Shown in pieces: positions 40,246 to 49,435 of a stretch of 64,000 bases of DNA (within the stretch, counting starts at the first letter, position 1; each line of letters starts with the position of its first letter). Below the pieces are notes generated by a model. It saw nothing but the letters and a program-made list of their open reading frames with translations, did not search any database and was not told the origin of the DNA. Made by a program: the position numbers and the translations under genes. The stretch covers positions 57,360 through 121,359 of IMG/VR virus record IMGVR_UViG_3300032007_000006; one strand, given 5' to 3'. Origin of the DNA: a virus. Taxonomy: Duplodnaviria; Heunggongvirae; Uroviricota; Caudoviricetes.

Positions 40246-41130
40246 TTAGGTTGTTTTATAATATTCATGATAGTTTTTATCTTTGCTTTGATCATATTGT
40301 ATAGTATTAGAGACATTTGTAGGTACACACCACAAACATCCAGTAAAATCAGTAGAATTTAAATTATTTGCAAATAAATTTGATGGAGCAGATTTTAAAA
40401 TGCAATAATAGCTAAACGCATAAAACATGCTATTTGGCATAAATGTTCCAAACGGAAATAATGTATCATCTAGATAATCACTAGGAGCATAAGACCAATC
40501 ATCATTAGCAACATGAATATGATCACTTATTAAAATTCCAGCTACAGGAGGAAGAGGGGTAACTATGCTTTGACACCCCATTCTCATTGCGGCCAATTGC
40601 CCAGTAATAGTTCGACTAAAACCATCTGGTGAATCTATAAATGAAAATAATCCTCCATAATCAAATCCAGGATCAATTCCAGTGATATAATCGGGATCTC
40701 CATATAATTGAGAAGCGTACCAGCTGCTATGCTTATACCATCTGCCAGGATATCCAGAATTAGGATAGCCTCCATTGCCACAGTCTCCGCCGCACAACCA
40801 TATACGATTCCATTGTCTAGATTTTATTGATATTCTGTAAACTTCTGCAGGCGTGTTGTATGCATGAAACGCTTTATTAGAAAATGCACCTATGCTGTCA
40901 TCGCCTTCAATAGTTTCAACCGTTCCATCTCCCCAGTCGACTTCAATGAATACTCCACTTTTAAACCAGAATGGAAAGGATGCTGTATCAAACGATTGAT
41001 AATAACTTGAATTCCACCATCCTGTATGGTAATTGTTATAAGGATCTCCTCCATCTAAACTTACGTCAAAATTATAAATCCAAGTATATTCTTTATCTTG
41101 CTCTTTTAATAAAGGCTTCATTTGTATCAT
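40246..41130 (-). CDS. inverted, leaderless PKD-like protein with a truncated LRR (possible gene remnant)
   Basis: VDWGDGT..HAY, TPLPPV, one SAPSNLFANN..DFTGC repeat; no C-cap. Confidence 0.7.
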   Translation of the reverse strand: MIQMKPLLKEQDKEYTWIYNFDVSLDGGDPYNNYHTGWWNSSYYQSFDTASFPFWFKSGVFIEVDWGDGTVETIEGDDSIGAFSNKAFHAYNTPAEVYRISIKSRQWNRIWLCGGDCGNGGYPNSGYPGRWYKHSSWYASQLYGDPDYITGIDPGFDYGGLFSFIDSPDGFSRTITGQLAAMRMGCQSIVTPLPPVAGILISDHIHVANDDWSYAPSDYLDDTLFPFGTFMPNSMFYAFSYYCILKSAPSNLFANNLNSTDFTGCLWCVPTNVSNTIQYDQSKDKNYHEYYKTT

Positions 41131-41139
41131 TTTTAATTC

Positions 41140-41556
41140 CTATCCATGCTTCCTTGGACTAACGCCAAACTCTTCAGCAATGGCGTGAATCATATTGTGA
41201 TCTGTAATGATGTTTTCCTTAGTCATAATGTAGGTCTTGCCGTTCTCAATCTTCTCATTCTCTGGAATATCGTCAATTGACTTGTACTTCTCCCTGTACC
41301 ACTGATTTCTTTTGGCAAAACGTTCAAAGTCGGCCTGTCCATCAGTAAAGTTGGTATAGGTCTTTTCATACATGTCGGCTTTCTGAGCTTCCCTCTGCTC
41401 CTTCGGCATGTCTTCTGTAAAAGTATAGACACCAACTTTTTCTCCATCTACGGGAATGTATTTCTCAAGCCTTCTAACAACGTCCTCTCTGTCCGTAGTT
41501 GCAATGATGAATGAAGAAGAGCTGCTGTTTGAGACGAATGACGTTCTTATTTTCAT
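41140..41556 (-). CDS. phage protein of the MKIRxxFVSNSSSSSF family
   Basis: N-terminal MKIRTSFVSNSSSSSFII. Confidence 0.8.
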   Translation of the reverse strand: MKIRTSFVSNSSSSSFIIATTDREDVVRRLEKYIPVDGEKVGVYTFTEDMPKEQREAQKADMYEKTYTNFTDGQADFERFAKRNQWYREKYKSIDDIPENEKIENGKTYIMTKENIITDHNMIHAIAEEFGVSPRKHG

Positions 41557-41578
41557 CTAAGTTTCCTCTTGAATAGAT

Positions 41579-42136
41579 TTAACGCTGTGAAATTGGATTT
41601 GGCTGGAGGGCCAGAACATCGGCTACGATTGCATCTACTGCCACTTCGTTGGACTCCAATATTTTATACTGAATGTCGTGATCGTCCAGCATCTGTCTGA
41701 TTTTTTCCTGCTGTTCCTGCATTTTCTGATCAAGAATGTCGGAGGCCTTTCCTCTGTATGGATGGTACATTGGAAATTTTCGCTCAAGAAAATAATTGAG
41801 GCTGGGAAACTTTCTTTCAAGAGCAAAAATAAGGTCGGCGCATTCCTTGTCCATCTCTGAATGGTAGACAGTCCATAACGCAAGAGGGCAGTCGTTGATG
41901 GCAAAGTCAAAACGAAATGACTGCTGAATGCGGTGCCACTGGTTTCCAATAACATAGGGCATGTCATTGATGGCCATTGAGCGGTCATAGCCAAGTTCCC
42001 TAGAAAACTCTACAATAAGATTCACGGAGTATCTGAGAGCCTTGAGGTTGGAAAAGACTCCTGCGGCAATGGTGGACTTGCCAGAGCCAACAGAGCCATA
42101 GAGGTTGACAAGATGAAGCTGATGCTGTGATGGCAT
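41579..42136 (-). CDS. P-loop kinase/ATPase (NadR/AAA_28-like)
   Basis: NLYGSVGSGKST, EFSRE, NDCPL. Confidence 0.8.
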   Translation of the reverse strand: MPSQHQLHLVNLYGSVGSGKSTIAAGVFSNLKALRYSVNLIVEFSRELGYDRSMAINDMPYVIGNQWHRIQQSFRFDFAINDCPLALWTVYHSEMDKECADLIFALERKFPSLNYFLERKFPMYHPYRGKASDILDQKMQEQQEKIRQMLDDHDIQYKILESNEVAVDAIVADVLALQPNPISQR

Positions 42137-42202
42137 TGAATATCTCCTTTTTTGATGCAGTAAATGTATCTATGGTTCAAATATACTTGCGGAGCAATAA
42201 AA

Positions 42203-45100
42203 ATGGCTGAAAAGAAACTGCTGACATATGAAGGGCTGGAAGAATATAACATCAAATGGCATGAACGACTGCAGGCCATGGAAATTGAAGATGAAGAAAT
42301 TGATGATATTATCAATAATGAATTTTTATATACAGAAAATAAATTTGTTTTCACAGTAGACGTAAGCAGTGAAAATGAAGATAAAAAAACGGGTATACCA
42401 TTCAGCTTGTATGTTCAGCCAGATATAACTTTAACTGTTGACTGGGGTGACGGAACTACATCCACTCTAACACAAAGCGATTATTCTAGTGACGATCTTC
42501 GCGCTTCAACTCATCTTTATTCTGAATATGGAATCTATACAGTAACTGTCAAATCCAGCGACTGGAACAACACTTACTGGATGACAATAAGTGATTATGA
42601 TGATACAAAAAATTATGATGATACAGATCTTAATGCTCCACTATACTGGTGGAGACAAACATTAACATCTATAGACTATCCATTGCCTCCAACAAAAGGA
42701 ATTCAATGTCATTATTATTATGACTGCAATCCTGTAGATTTTGATGAATATGGATATATTTCAGACAATAGTTTATCCTATGTTTTTGCTTATTGCCATA
42801 AGTTGAAGCATATATCAAAAGTGCTGTTTAAAAACTGTTCAAATGTAGATAATTTTAGCGACTGCTTTTTCAATTGCGATGCTTTGGAATCTCTTCCATC
42901 TAATCTATTCAATACTACTAATGCTAAAGTCTTTAATAGAACCTTTAAAAATTGTTCAGAACTAAAGTCTCTTCCAAAAAATCTTTTTCCATCAACAGCA
43001 AAAACATTCAATGAATGCTTTAATGCATGCAAATCCATTAAAAGCATTCATCCCTATGTATTCCAAAACTGCACAAATGCTACAGATTTTGGCTATGTAT
43101 TCAATAACTGCACTAAACTTGATTCTATTCCATTTAATTTATTCTTTGATGCGACTTCAGCAACAAATTTCTCTTATTGTTTTAATGGATGCGCTAGTTT
43201 ATTAAATTTTCGTTTAGCTATCACTTCTCCAAATGTTATAGGTGAAACAAAATTTATCAATAATGCATCTAATGTCACTCGTATTGTATGTGTTCCAGCA
43301 AATTCAACAACATACACAAAATTCTCTTCATTTGCAAATCAACAGAACAATCTTTCAGTCTTTACATCCATTGAATCTTGTCAGCAAATGCAGCTGGTAA
43401 ATGATGTTCCTGTATTTTGGCTGTCAACTATAGATGGAGTTGTAGACTTGTCCATAAATCAGGCATACTCTTTTGAACCTGAAGGATATGGAATAAAAAC
43501 TATATCAATTCAAAATGGAAGCTCTGCATCATCATTTTGGTTGAAACTAATTGATGGCGGAAATTTCCCAATTGAATGGGATTCCAATATTGTTTGGGAA
43601 TCTGGTTCAGAACCAGAACTTATAGCCTTTGAGGAAAATATTTTCTATTTCTATAAAGATAATGGAAAATGGATTGGAGATATAATAGCAACAAATGCAA
43701 TAGAAGAATACTGGAAGTTTACAATTCGAATGGATGAAGCTGGCGAATATAATGCACAAGACTTTTATCCACCAATTACTGGAAACTATACAATTGATTG
43801 GGATGATCCAGACGATAATACAACAACAGGAATGCATTCAGCGTGGATTACATCAGCCGAAGACGTGTTTACAGAATATAAATTTCCATATCATGAATAT
43901 AGAAAATCTGGATTATATCATATAAAACTTAAATCATCATTTAGCAGTGCGTATATCGTAACATCAAATGGCGATCCAGAAGACTTTATATACAATTCAT
44001 TTCCTAATATTGTATCAATTGAATCACCATTACCTAAAATAAAGGGTTCATTTCAATATGTTGATGATGACAAGAAAATTGTATATGACTCAATAGACTG
44101 GCTTTTTAGAGACTATATCAATCTAGAATCAATTCCAGATAAAATTTTATATCACAATCCTGAAGGTCCTCTAACTTTCTGCTTTGGCGATTGCAATTCT
44201 CTCAAAAATATTCCACCAAAGGTATTTGATAGGCATACAACAACTACTGATTTTTATGGATGTTTTGAAAATTGCTTTGCCTTAACTTCCGTTCCAGCAG
44301 GACTGTTTGACAAGAATACAGCGGCAACAGATTTTAGATCATGCTTCTCAGACTGTAAATTGCTTCAGTCCATTCCAGCAGGACTGTTTGACAAGAATAC
44401 GGCAGTGACTGATTTTTCATATTGCTTCTCTGACTGCTCTTCTCTGCAATCCATTCCATCAGGATTGTTTGACAAGAATACAGCGGCATTAATTTTTTCT
44501 GGATGCTTTTCTGGATGTTCTTCTCTTCAATCCATTCCGACAGGACTGTTTGACAAGAATACAGCGACTTTAAATTTTTCTGGATGCTTCTCATTTTGTT
44601 CTTCCCTTCAGTCCATTCCAGCAGGACTGTTTGCCAAGAATACAGCGGCAACTAATTTCGGAAGCTGTTTCCGTCGATGCACGTCAATTGCATCAATTCC
44701 ATCGGGAATCTTCAACAATAATACATTAGTAACTACTTTTTATGAATGTTTTGCTGGCTGTTCTTCTCTTCAGTCCATTCCAGTAGGACTGTTCAACAGC
44801 AATACAGTTGTGACTAGTTTCAAAAGCTGTTTTATTAGCTGCACTTCTCTTCAGTCTATTCCAACGCAGTTGTTTAATTATAATACTTCTGTGACAGATT
44901 TTGCATTCTGTTTTTCTGGGTGTACATCACTTCAAGGATTTACAATTAATATTGGTTCAACAAAGGTTTCAGCCTGCAATGATTTTGTAGCAAAAAAAGC
45001 CGGAGTTTCTCGTATAGTAAAAGTTCCTTCTGGTTCTACTACACAAGCAAAATTCAATTCAGTTGCTTCATCTTTAGGTTTAACTATTCAGACATTGTAA
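42203..45100 (+). CDS. double PKD-LRR adhesin
   Basis: LLTYEGLEEY..IEDEEIDDII start; architecture leader-PKD-LRR-cap-betaX-PKD-LRR-cap. Confidence 0.88.
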   Translation: MAEKKLLTYEGLEEYNIKWHERLQAMEIEDEEIDDIINNEFLYTENKFVFTVDVSSENEDKKTGIPFSLYVQPDITLTVDWGDGTTSTLTQSDYSSDDLRASTHLYSEYGIYTVTVKSSDWNNTYWMTISDYDDTKNYDDTDLNAPLYWWRQTLTSIDYPLPPTKGIQCHYYYDCNPVDFDEYGYISDNSLSYVFAYCHKLKHISKVLFKNCSNVDNFSDCFFNCDALESLPSNLFNTTNAKVFNRTFKNCSELKSLPKNLFPSTAKTFNECFNACKSIKSIHPYVFQNCTNATDFGYVFNNCTKLDSIPFNLFFDATSATNFSYCFNGCASLLNFRLAITSPNVIGETKFINNASNVTRIVCVPANSTTYTKFSSFANQQNNLSVFTSIESCQQMQLVNDVPVFWLSTIDGVVDLSINQAYSFEPEGYGIKTISIQNGSSASSFWLKLIDGGNFPIEWDSNIVWESGSEPELIAFEENIFYFYKDNGKWIGDIIATNAIEEYWKFTIRMDEAGEYNAQDFYPPITGNYTIDWDDPDDNTTTGMHSAWITSAEDVFTEYKFPYHEYRKSGLYHIKLKSSFSSAYIVTSNGDPEDFIYNSFPNIVSIESPLPKIKGSFQYVDDDKKIVYDSIDWLFRDYINLESIPDKILYHNPEGPLTFCFGDCNSLKNIPPKVFDRHTTTTDFYGCFENCFALTSVPAGLFDKNTAATDFRSCFSDCKLLQSIPAGLFDKNTAVTDFSYCFSDCSSLQSIPSGLFDKNTAALIFSGCFSGCSSLQSIPTGLFDKNTATLNFSGCFSFCSSLQSIPAGLFAKNTAATNFGSCFRRCTSIASIPSGIFNNNTLVTTFYECFAGCSSLQSIPVGLFNSNTVVTSFKSCFISCTSLQSIPTQLFNYNTSVTDFAFCFSGCTSLQGFTINIGSTKVSACNDFVAKKAGVSRIVKVPSGSTTQAKFNSVASSLGLTIQTL

Positions 45101-45121
45101 ACAAATTTAGAGGAATATCAT

Positions 45122-47395
45122 ATGCCAAACGAAAAATATCTTGACCACGCTGGTTTGCAATACTATCACGAAAAGCTGCAGCTTGAATTAGACAATCTGG
45201 AAATAACAGATGATAATCTAGCCGACATCTTTTTGAATGAATTAGGTATTCCACCCACACTTCCAGAAAACTGGACTGTCTCTTCCGATGGAACTCTAGA
45301 TGTTTCCCTAAGCAATGCATACTCATACTGGCCAGAGGGAGCAGGAACAAAGACAATTTCCATTGTAAACGGAACAACGGCTGGCCTTTCCAAATTCTTT
45401 CTGAAACTAACAGATGCTGGAAACTTTCCAATGCAATGGGGAAGCAACATTCAATGGAAGAATGGAAGCGAACCTGAATGGCAGGCTTTCTACGAAGATA
45501 TTGTACTGTTTACAAGCAAAGATAATGGAAATACATGGACTGCACAAGTATTGCAGACAAATGAAATAACGCCATACTGGAAGATAACCGTTCAAACAAC
45601 ATCTAATAATGAATCCGTAATTATTCCATTTGAATGCGAATATATAAAAACAATAGATTGGGGCGATGGAAATACAGATGATTATGAATATTCTTATATA
45701 GCAGGAATAAGTGAAAATAATTATGATGTTCCAGGATATTCACCTCAACATACATATGCAACAATAGGATATCACAAAATTAAAATTATATCAGAAGTTT
45801 TTACTAGTTGCTATATTCAAAATTGGGATAGTTGTGATTATGGTGAAGAGCGATATTATAAGAAACTTATTTCAATAGATTCTCCTTTACCTGCATTACG
45901 CGGAACATATACATGGCCAAGCAGCTATGCTGTAGCAACAGATAACAGTTTTGAATATATTTTCACAGTTTGTGAACAATTAGTTTCAATACCAGAAAAA
46001 CTTTTTTATAATAATCCATCCTGTAATACTTTTTATTGTGCTTTTGAGAAATGTTCTTCTCTTCAATCCATTCCAGCAGGACTGTTTGACAAGAATACAT
46101 TAGTAACTACTTTTGAGGGCTGTTTTCGTCAATGTTCTTCTCTTCAGTCCATTCCAGCAGGACTGTTTGACAAGAATACAACAGTGACTATATTTTACAG
46201 CACCTTCTCTGAATGCACTTCTCTTACAAACTTTAAACTTATTATAGGATCTTCTTTGGTAAAGAATTTTTCAAACTTTATTTCAAATGCATCCAATGTT
46301 ACTAGAATCCTTTGCGTTCCATCAAACTCAACAACATACAATACTGCGACATCATATGCAAATTCGTCAAACGGCATTACAGTTTCTACAGTAGAAACAG
46401 ACTGTATAGAAGTTTTTGAATATACAGTGCAAACGGATCTTTCAGAATTTGATGATCCTTCATGGGATGATGACTACAGTCCTCTTGTTGCCGCAGTTCC
46501 AATCGAGCCAGTTCAGAATGCATCTGCATCCTTAACAATTGACTGGGGAGATGGAAATGCCGTAGAACTGCAGCCATCCAGCGTTGTTGAAGCCAATCTC
46601 ATTCATACCTACGCAACGGCAGGAACGTATCAAATCACAGTGCTTTCTTCAAACTGGAGCGACTACAAGTTCATGGCCGTTGATTTTGTAGACGGTTCTG
46701 ATCCATCTTCAAGCGATCCAGTCATACAAACATTCAGAGACAAGCTTGTTTCTCTTGACGCACCTATGCCTCCAGTGGCAAATACAGACTTGATTTACTG
46801 GTTCCAGTATTGTCAGCATTTGACAACAATAAACAGTCATCTGTTCGACAATCTGCCAAATGTGACAAGCGCCAAGGGATGCTTTGCCCGCTGTGAATCG
46901 CTTACGACTGTTCCAGAAGGACTGTTCGCCAAAAATACTGCAATAACCAGTTTTTCCGAATGCTTCAAAAACTGCTTTGGTTTGCAGACAATTCCAGCAG
47001 GACTGTTTGCCAATAACACGGCGGCAGCAGATTTTTCAAGCTGCTTTGACTGGAATAAAGTTCTTCAGTCCATTCCAGCAGGACTGTTTGCCAATAACAC
47101 GGCGGCAACAAACTTCCGCTACTGCTTTGGCGACTGCTACGCAATTCAAACCATCCCAGAAAATCTTTTTGCAAGCAATACAATCGTTACTAATTTTTAT
47201 GGCTGCTTCTATGACTGCAACAGTCTTGGAGGATTTACAATTCATATTGGATCATCTCTTGTAGCGTATGCAGATAATTTTGTTAAGAGCAAAAGCGGCA
47301 CAACACGCATTGTATATGTTCCATCTGGTTCAACTACACAGACAACATTCAATAACTACGCTTCCAGCCTAAGATTGACTGTCAGAGGAGAATAA
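45122..47395 (+). CDS. double PKD-LRR adhesin
   Basis: KYLDHAGLQYY..ITDDNLADIF start; architecture leader-betaX-PKD-LRR-cap-PKD-LRR-cap. Confidence 0.88.
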   Translation: MPNEKYLDHAGLQYYHEKLQLELDNLEITDDNLADIFLNELGIPPTLPENWTVSSDGTLDVSLSNAYSYWPEGAGTKTISIVNGTTAGLSKFFLKLTDAGNFPMQWGSNIQWKNGSEPEWQAFYEDIVLFTSKDNGNTWTAQVLQTNEITPYWKITVQTTSNNESVIIPFECEYIKTIDWGDGNTDDYEYSYIAGISENNYDVPGYSPQHTYATIGYHKIKIISEVFTSCYIQNWDSCDYGEERYYKKLISIDSPLPALRGTYTWPSSYAVATDNSFEYIFTVCEQLVSIPEKLFYNNPSCNTFYCAFEKCSSLQSIPAGLFDKNTLVTTFEGCFRQCSSLQSIPAGLFDKNTTVTIFYSTFSECTSLTNFKLIIGSSLVKNFSNFISNASNVTRILCVPSNSTTYNTATSYANSSNGITVSTVETDCIEVFEYTVQTDLSEFDDPSWDDDYSPLVAAVPIEPVQNASASLTIDWGDGNAVELQPSSVVEANLIHTYATAGTYQITVLSSNWSDYKFMAVDFVDGSDPSSSDPVIQTFRDKLVSLDAPMPPVANTDLIYWFQYCQHLTTINSHLFDNLPNVTSAKGCFARCESLTTVPEGLFAKNTAITSFSECFKNCFGLQTIPAGLFANNTAAADFSSCFDWNKVLQSIPAGLFANNTAATNFRYCFGDCYAIQTIPENLFASNTIVTNFYGCFYDCNSLGGFTIHIGSSLVAYADNFVKSKSGTTRIVYVPSGSTTQTTFNNYASSLRLTVRGE

Positions 47396-47413
47396 TAGAA
47401 CCAAATGTTTTTG

Positions 47414-47442
47414 AAAAAGGATGCCGTAACAGCATCCTTTTT
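47414..47442. terminator. bidirectional terminator
   Basis: AAAAAGGATGC-CGTAACA-GCATCCTTTTT. Confidence 0.75.
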
Positions 47443-48340
47443 AGTTTATGCACATTTCGATAATCATTCTAGATTCAGAAGAAAGAGACTGCATCTTGCT
47501 TCGCTCATCACTATTCATTTTCTTCCAGATTCCTGCAATTCCTTTCAGTGTATCCTGAAGCATAGCGTCAATCCAGCGAATGGTTTCTTCAGACAAGTCC
47601 TGACCATATTCTTGAATGTATTTCTGCATCTCAAGATAAATGATCGTCTTGCTGTACAAAGTATGCATTCCTTTTTTGGAACTGATTGCAGAACCGTCGC
47701 GGCTTCTCTTGATATACAGAATTTCAGGAAAATATCCCACTTTATTCAAATGAAGCAGATTCTGTGTAGTGTACAGTTTGTCCTGTGCCAGAATGCCTTT
47801 ATAGAATCTGTGCCTAATGCATTCCCTGCGTATAATTTGAAGAAACACGGCATAGACGTATGCATGTTCTTCCATCAATCGGCAGAACATTTCCTGTCCG
47901 CTTCCCATTCCGTAGTCGCCGCATCTATTGATGTAGTCCTGCTCTCTGTAGAATATGCGTTTATTGCTGTTGCAGTTTACAACGTCTCCATTGAAGAAGG
48001 CCATCTCTAGATGATTGTCTTCAAGAAAGGAAACAGCGGATTTCACAAAGTTTGGAAGAACGTAGTCATCGGAATCAACGTACATTACCAGTTCCGAATT
48101 AGAAAGATCAAGTCCGTAGTTTCTTGCCACGGACAGTCCGGAATGCTTCTGCTGAACAATTCGGAATCTGCTGTCTCCAGAAATGGCTTCCTTAGCGAGA
48201 TTGAAAGAATTGTCCGTGGATTCGTCATCAACAACAATGCATTCCAAGTCATCAAAGTCCTGTTTCCTGATAGATTCAATGCATTGGACAATCCACGGTT
48301 CTACATTGTATACAGGAACAATGACAGCCATCTTGTTCAT
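47441..48340 (-). CDS. GT2-family glycosyltransferase, paralog of 29762
   Basis: IVPVYNVE, VDDESTD, SVARNYG, VDSDD; shares LEMAFF and AQDKLYTTQNLL with 29762. Confidence 0.92.
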   Translation of the reverse strand: MNKMAVIVPVYNVEPWIVQCIESIRKQDFDDLECIVVDDESTDNSFNLAKEAISGDSRFRIVQQKHSGLSVARNYGLDLSNSELVMYVDSDDYVLPNFVKSAVSFLEDNHLEMAFFNGDVVNCNSNKRIFYREQDYINRCGDYGMGSGQEMFCRLMEEHAYVYAVFLQIIRRECIRHRFYKGILAQDKLYTTQNLLHLNKVGYFPEILYIKRSRDGSAISSKKGMHTLYSKTIIYLEMQKYIQEYGQDLSEETIRWIDAMLQDTLKGIAGIWKKMNSDERSKMQSLSSESRMIIEMCIN

Positions 48341-48387
48341 TCAATTGTATATTCCATAGCATCAAATATTTGTTGGAGGAATTCAAA

Positions 48388-48538
48388 ATGCCGAAAAATT
48401 AATGACCTATGAAACTTTATTGACAAGCGAGAATTATCTATTGAAGCGGCGCATCTAAGGCGCAAATGCAGCAGGCTTGAACAAAAACTTGAAGAGTCAT
48501 TAAAAAGAATAGATATACTTGAAGGAAAGGGAGAATAA
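48388..48538 (+). pseudogene. collapsed relic of a leader + chaperone-tail fibre gene
   Basis: GGAGG SD, then ATG, then in a shifted frame EKLMTYETL, then in another frame LSIEAAHLRRKCSRLEQKL, which resembles LAIEAAYQRRRADRLEARI of 48545. Confidence 0.55.
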
Positions 48539-48544
48539 AGCACA

Positions 48545-49159
48545 ATGAAATTTCTTACCGCAGAAGGTCTTGCAAAAGTCATTCAAAAACTTAACGCAGT
48601 ATTTGCAACAAAAACTGAACTGTCTTCTTCACAGACGCCTTTTACTGCCGCTACTTCATCGGCAGCAGGAACTGCTGGACTTGTTCCAGCGCCATCGGCT
48701 GGAAGTCAGGCCAAATTCCTTCGTGGAGATGCAACATGGCAGACAGTTTCAACGTCCTCGGACAGACGAGTGAAGCAGCAGTTTGCAGACATTCCAGAAG
48801 AAGTCCTGGATGCCTGGGAAAACGTTCGCTGGATTCAGTTCAAAATGAATGATGAGGTGCAGGAAAAGGGAGAATCTGCAACCATTCATACTGGAATGGT
48901 TGTTCAGGACATGCAGGAGGCCTTTAGCGAAAAAGGCCTGAATGCAAATCTGTATGACATGGTAGACCATGAAAAATGGTCGGCCACTACAGAAGAAAGA
49001 GACAAGGATGGCAATGTCATTGTTCAAGCCAGTCCAGCATATGAACAGTGGTATCTCAGATATGAGCAGGCTCTGGCCATTGAAGCCGCATACCAAAGAA
49101 GAAGGGCAGACCGTCTAGAAGCAAGGATAGCGGCTTTGGAAGCCAAATTGAAAGACTAA
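48545..49159 (+). CDS. minimal fibre protein with C-terminal intramolecular chaperone (peptidase S74-like)
   Basis: KFLTAEGL start, one GLVPAP..FLRGDATW repeat, SDRRVK cleavage motif, G.VVQD, LRYE, terminal coiled coil. Confidence 0.85.
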   Translation: MKFLTAEGLAKVIQKLNAVFATKTELSSSQTPFTAATSSAAGTAGLVPAPSAGSQAKFLRGDATWQTVSTSSDRRVKQQFADIPEEVLDAWENVRWIQFKMNDEVQEKGESATIHTGMVVQDMQEAFSEKGLNANLYDMVDHEKWSATTEERDKDGNVIVQASPAYEQWYLRYEQALAIEAAYQRRRADRLEARIAALEAKLKD

Positions 49160-49167
49160 AAAAAATC

Positions 49168-49190
49168 AGGGGAGCCAATTGGCTCCCCTT
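49168..49190. terminator. terminator between convergent units
   Basis: AGGGGAGCC-AATT-GGCTCCCCT. Confidence 0.7.
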
Positions 49191-49435
49191 CAGCTAGCAT
49201 TCTAGAGAATGACTATAGAAAATGCATGCAAGCATATGTAACGGAGACATAGAAAAGCATCTCGGCCACCATTCCCATTAGATGAAAATGGCTTCGAGAA
49301 GTGCATTCTGGCTTTCCTGTAGATACAGGACTGTCGTCATAGCACTGAATTCGGACCTTTAAGTGACCACATTCCATGCTGCTCTTCAACCATCTCTTCA
49401 AGCCAGACTCCGCTAGATATACTATTTGATTGATT

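Noticed and set aside
34490-47395. Diversity-generating retroelement acting on adhesins
   Set aside because: No reverse transcriptase in the window and no template/variable repeat pair differing only at adenines was seen. It cannot be excluded elsewhere in the genome.
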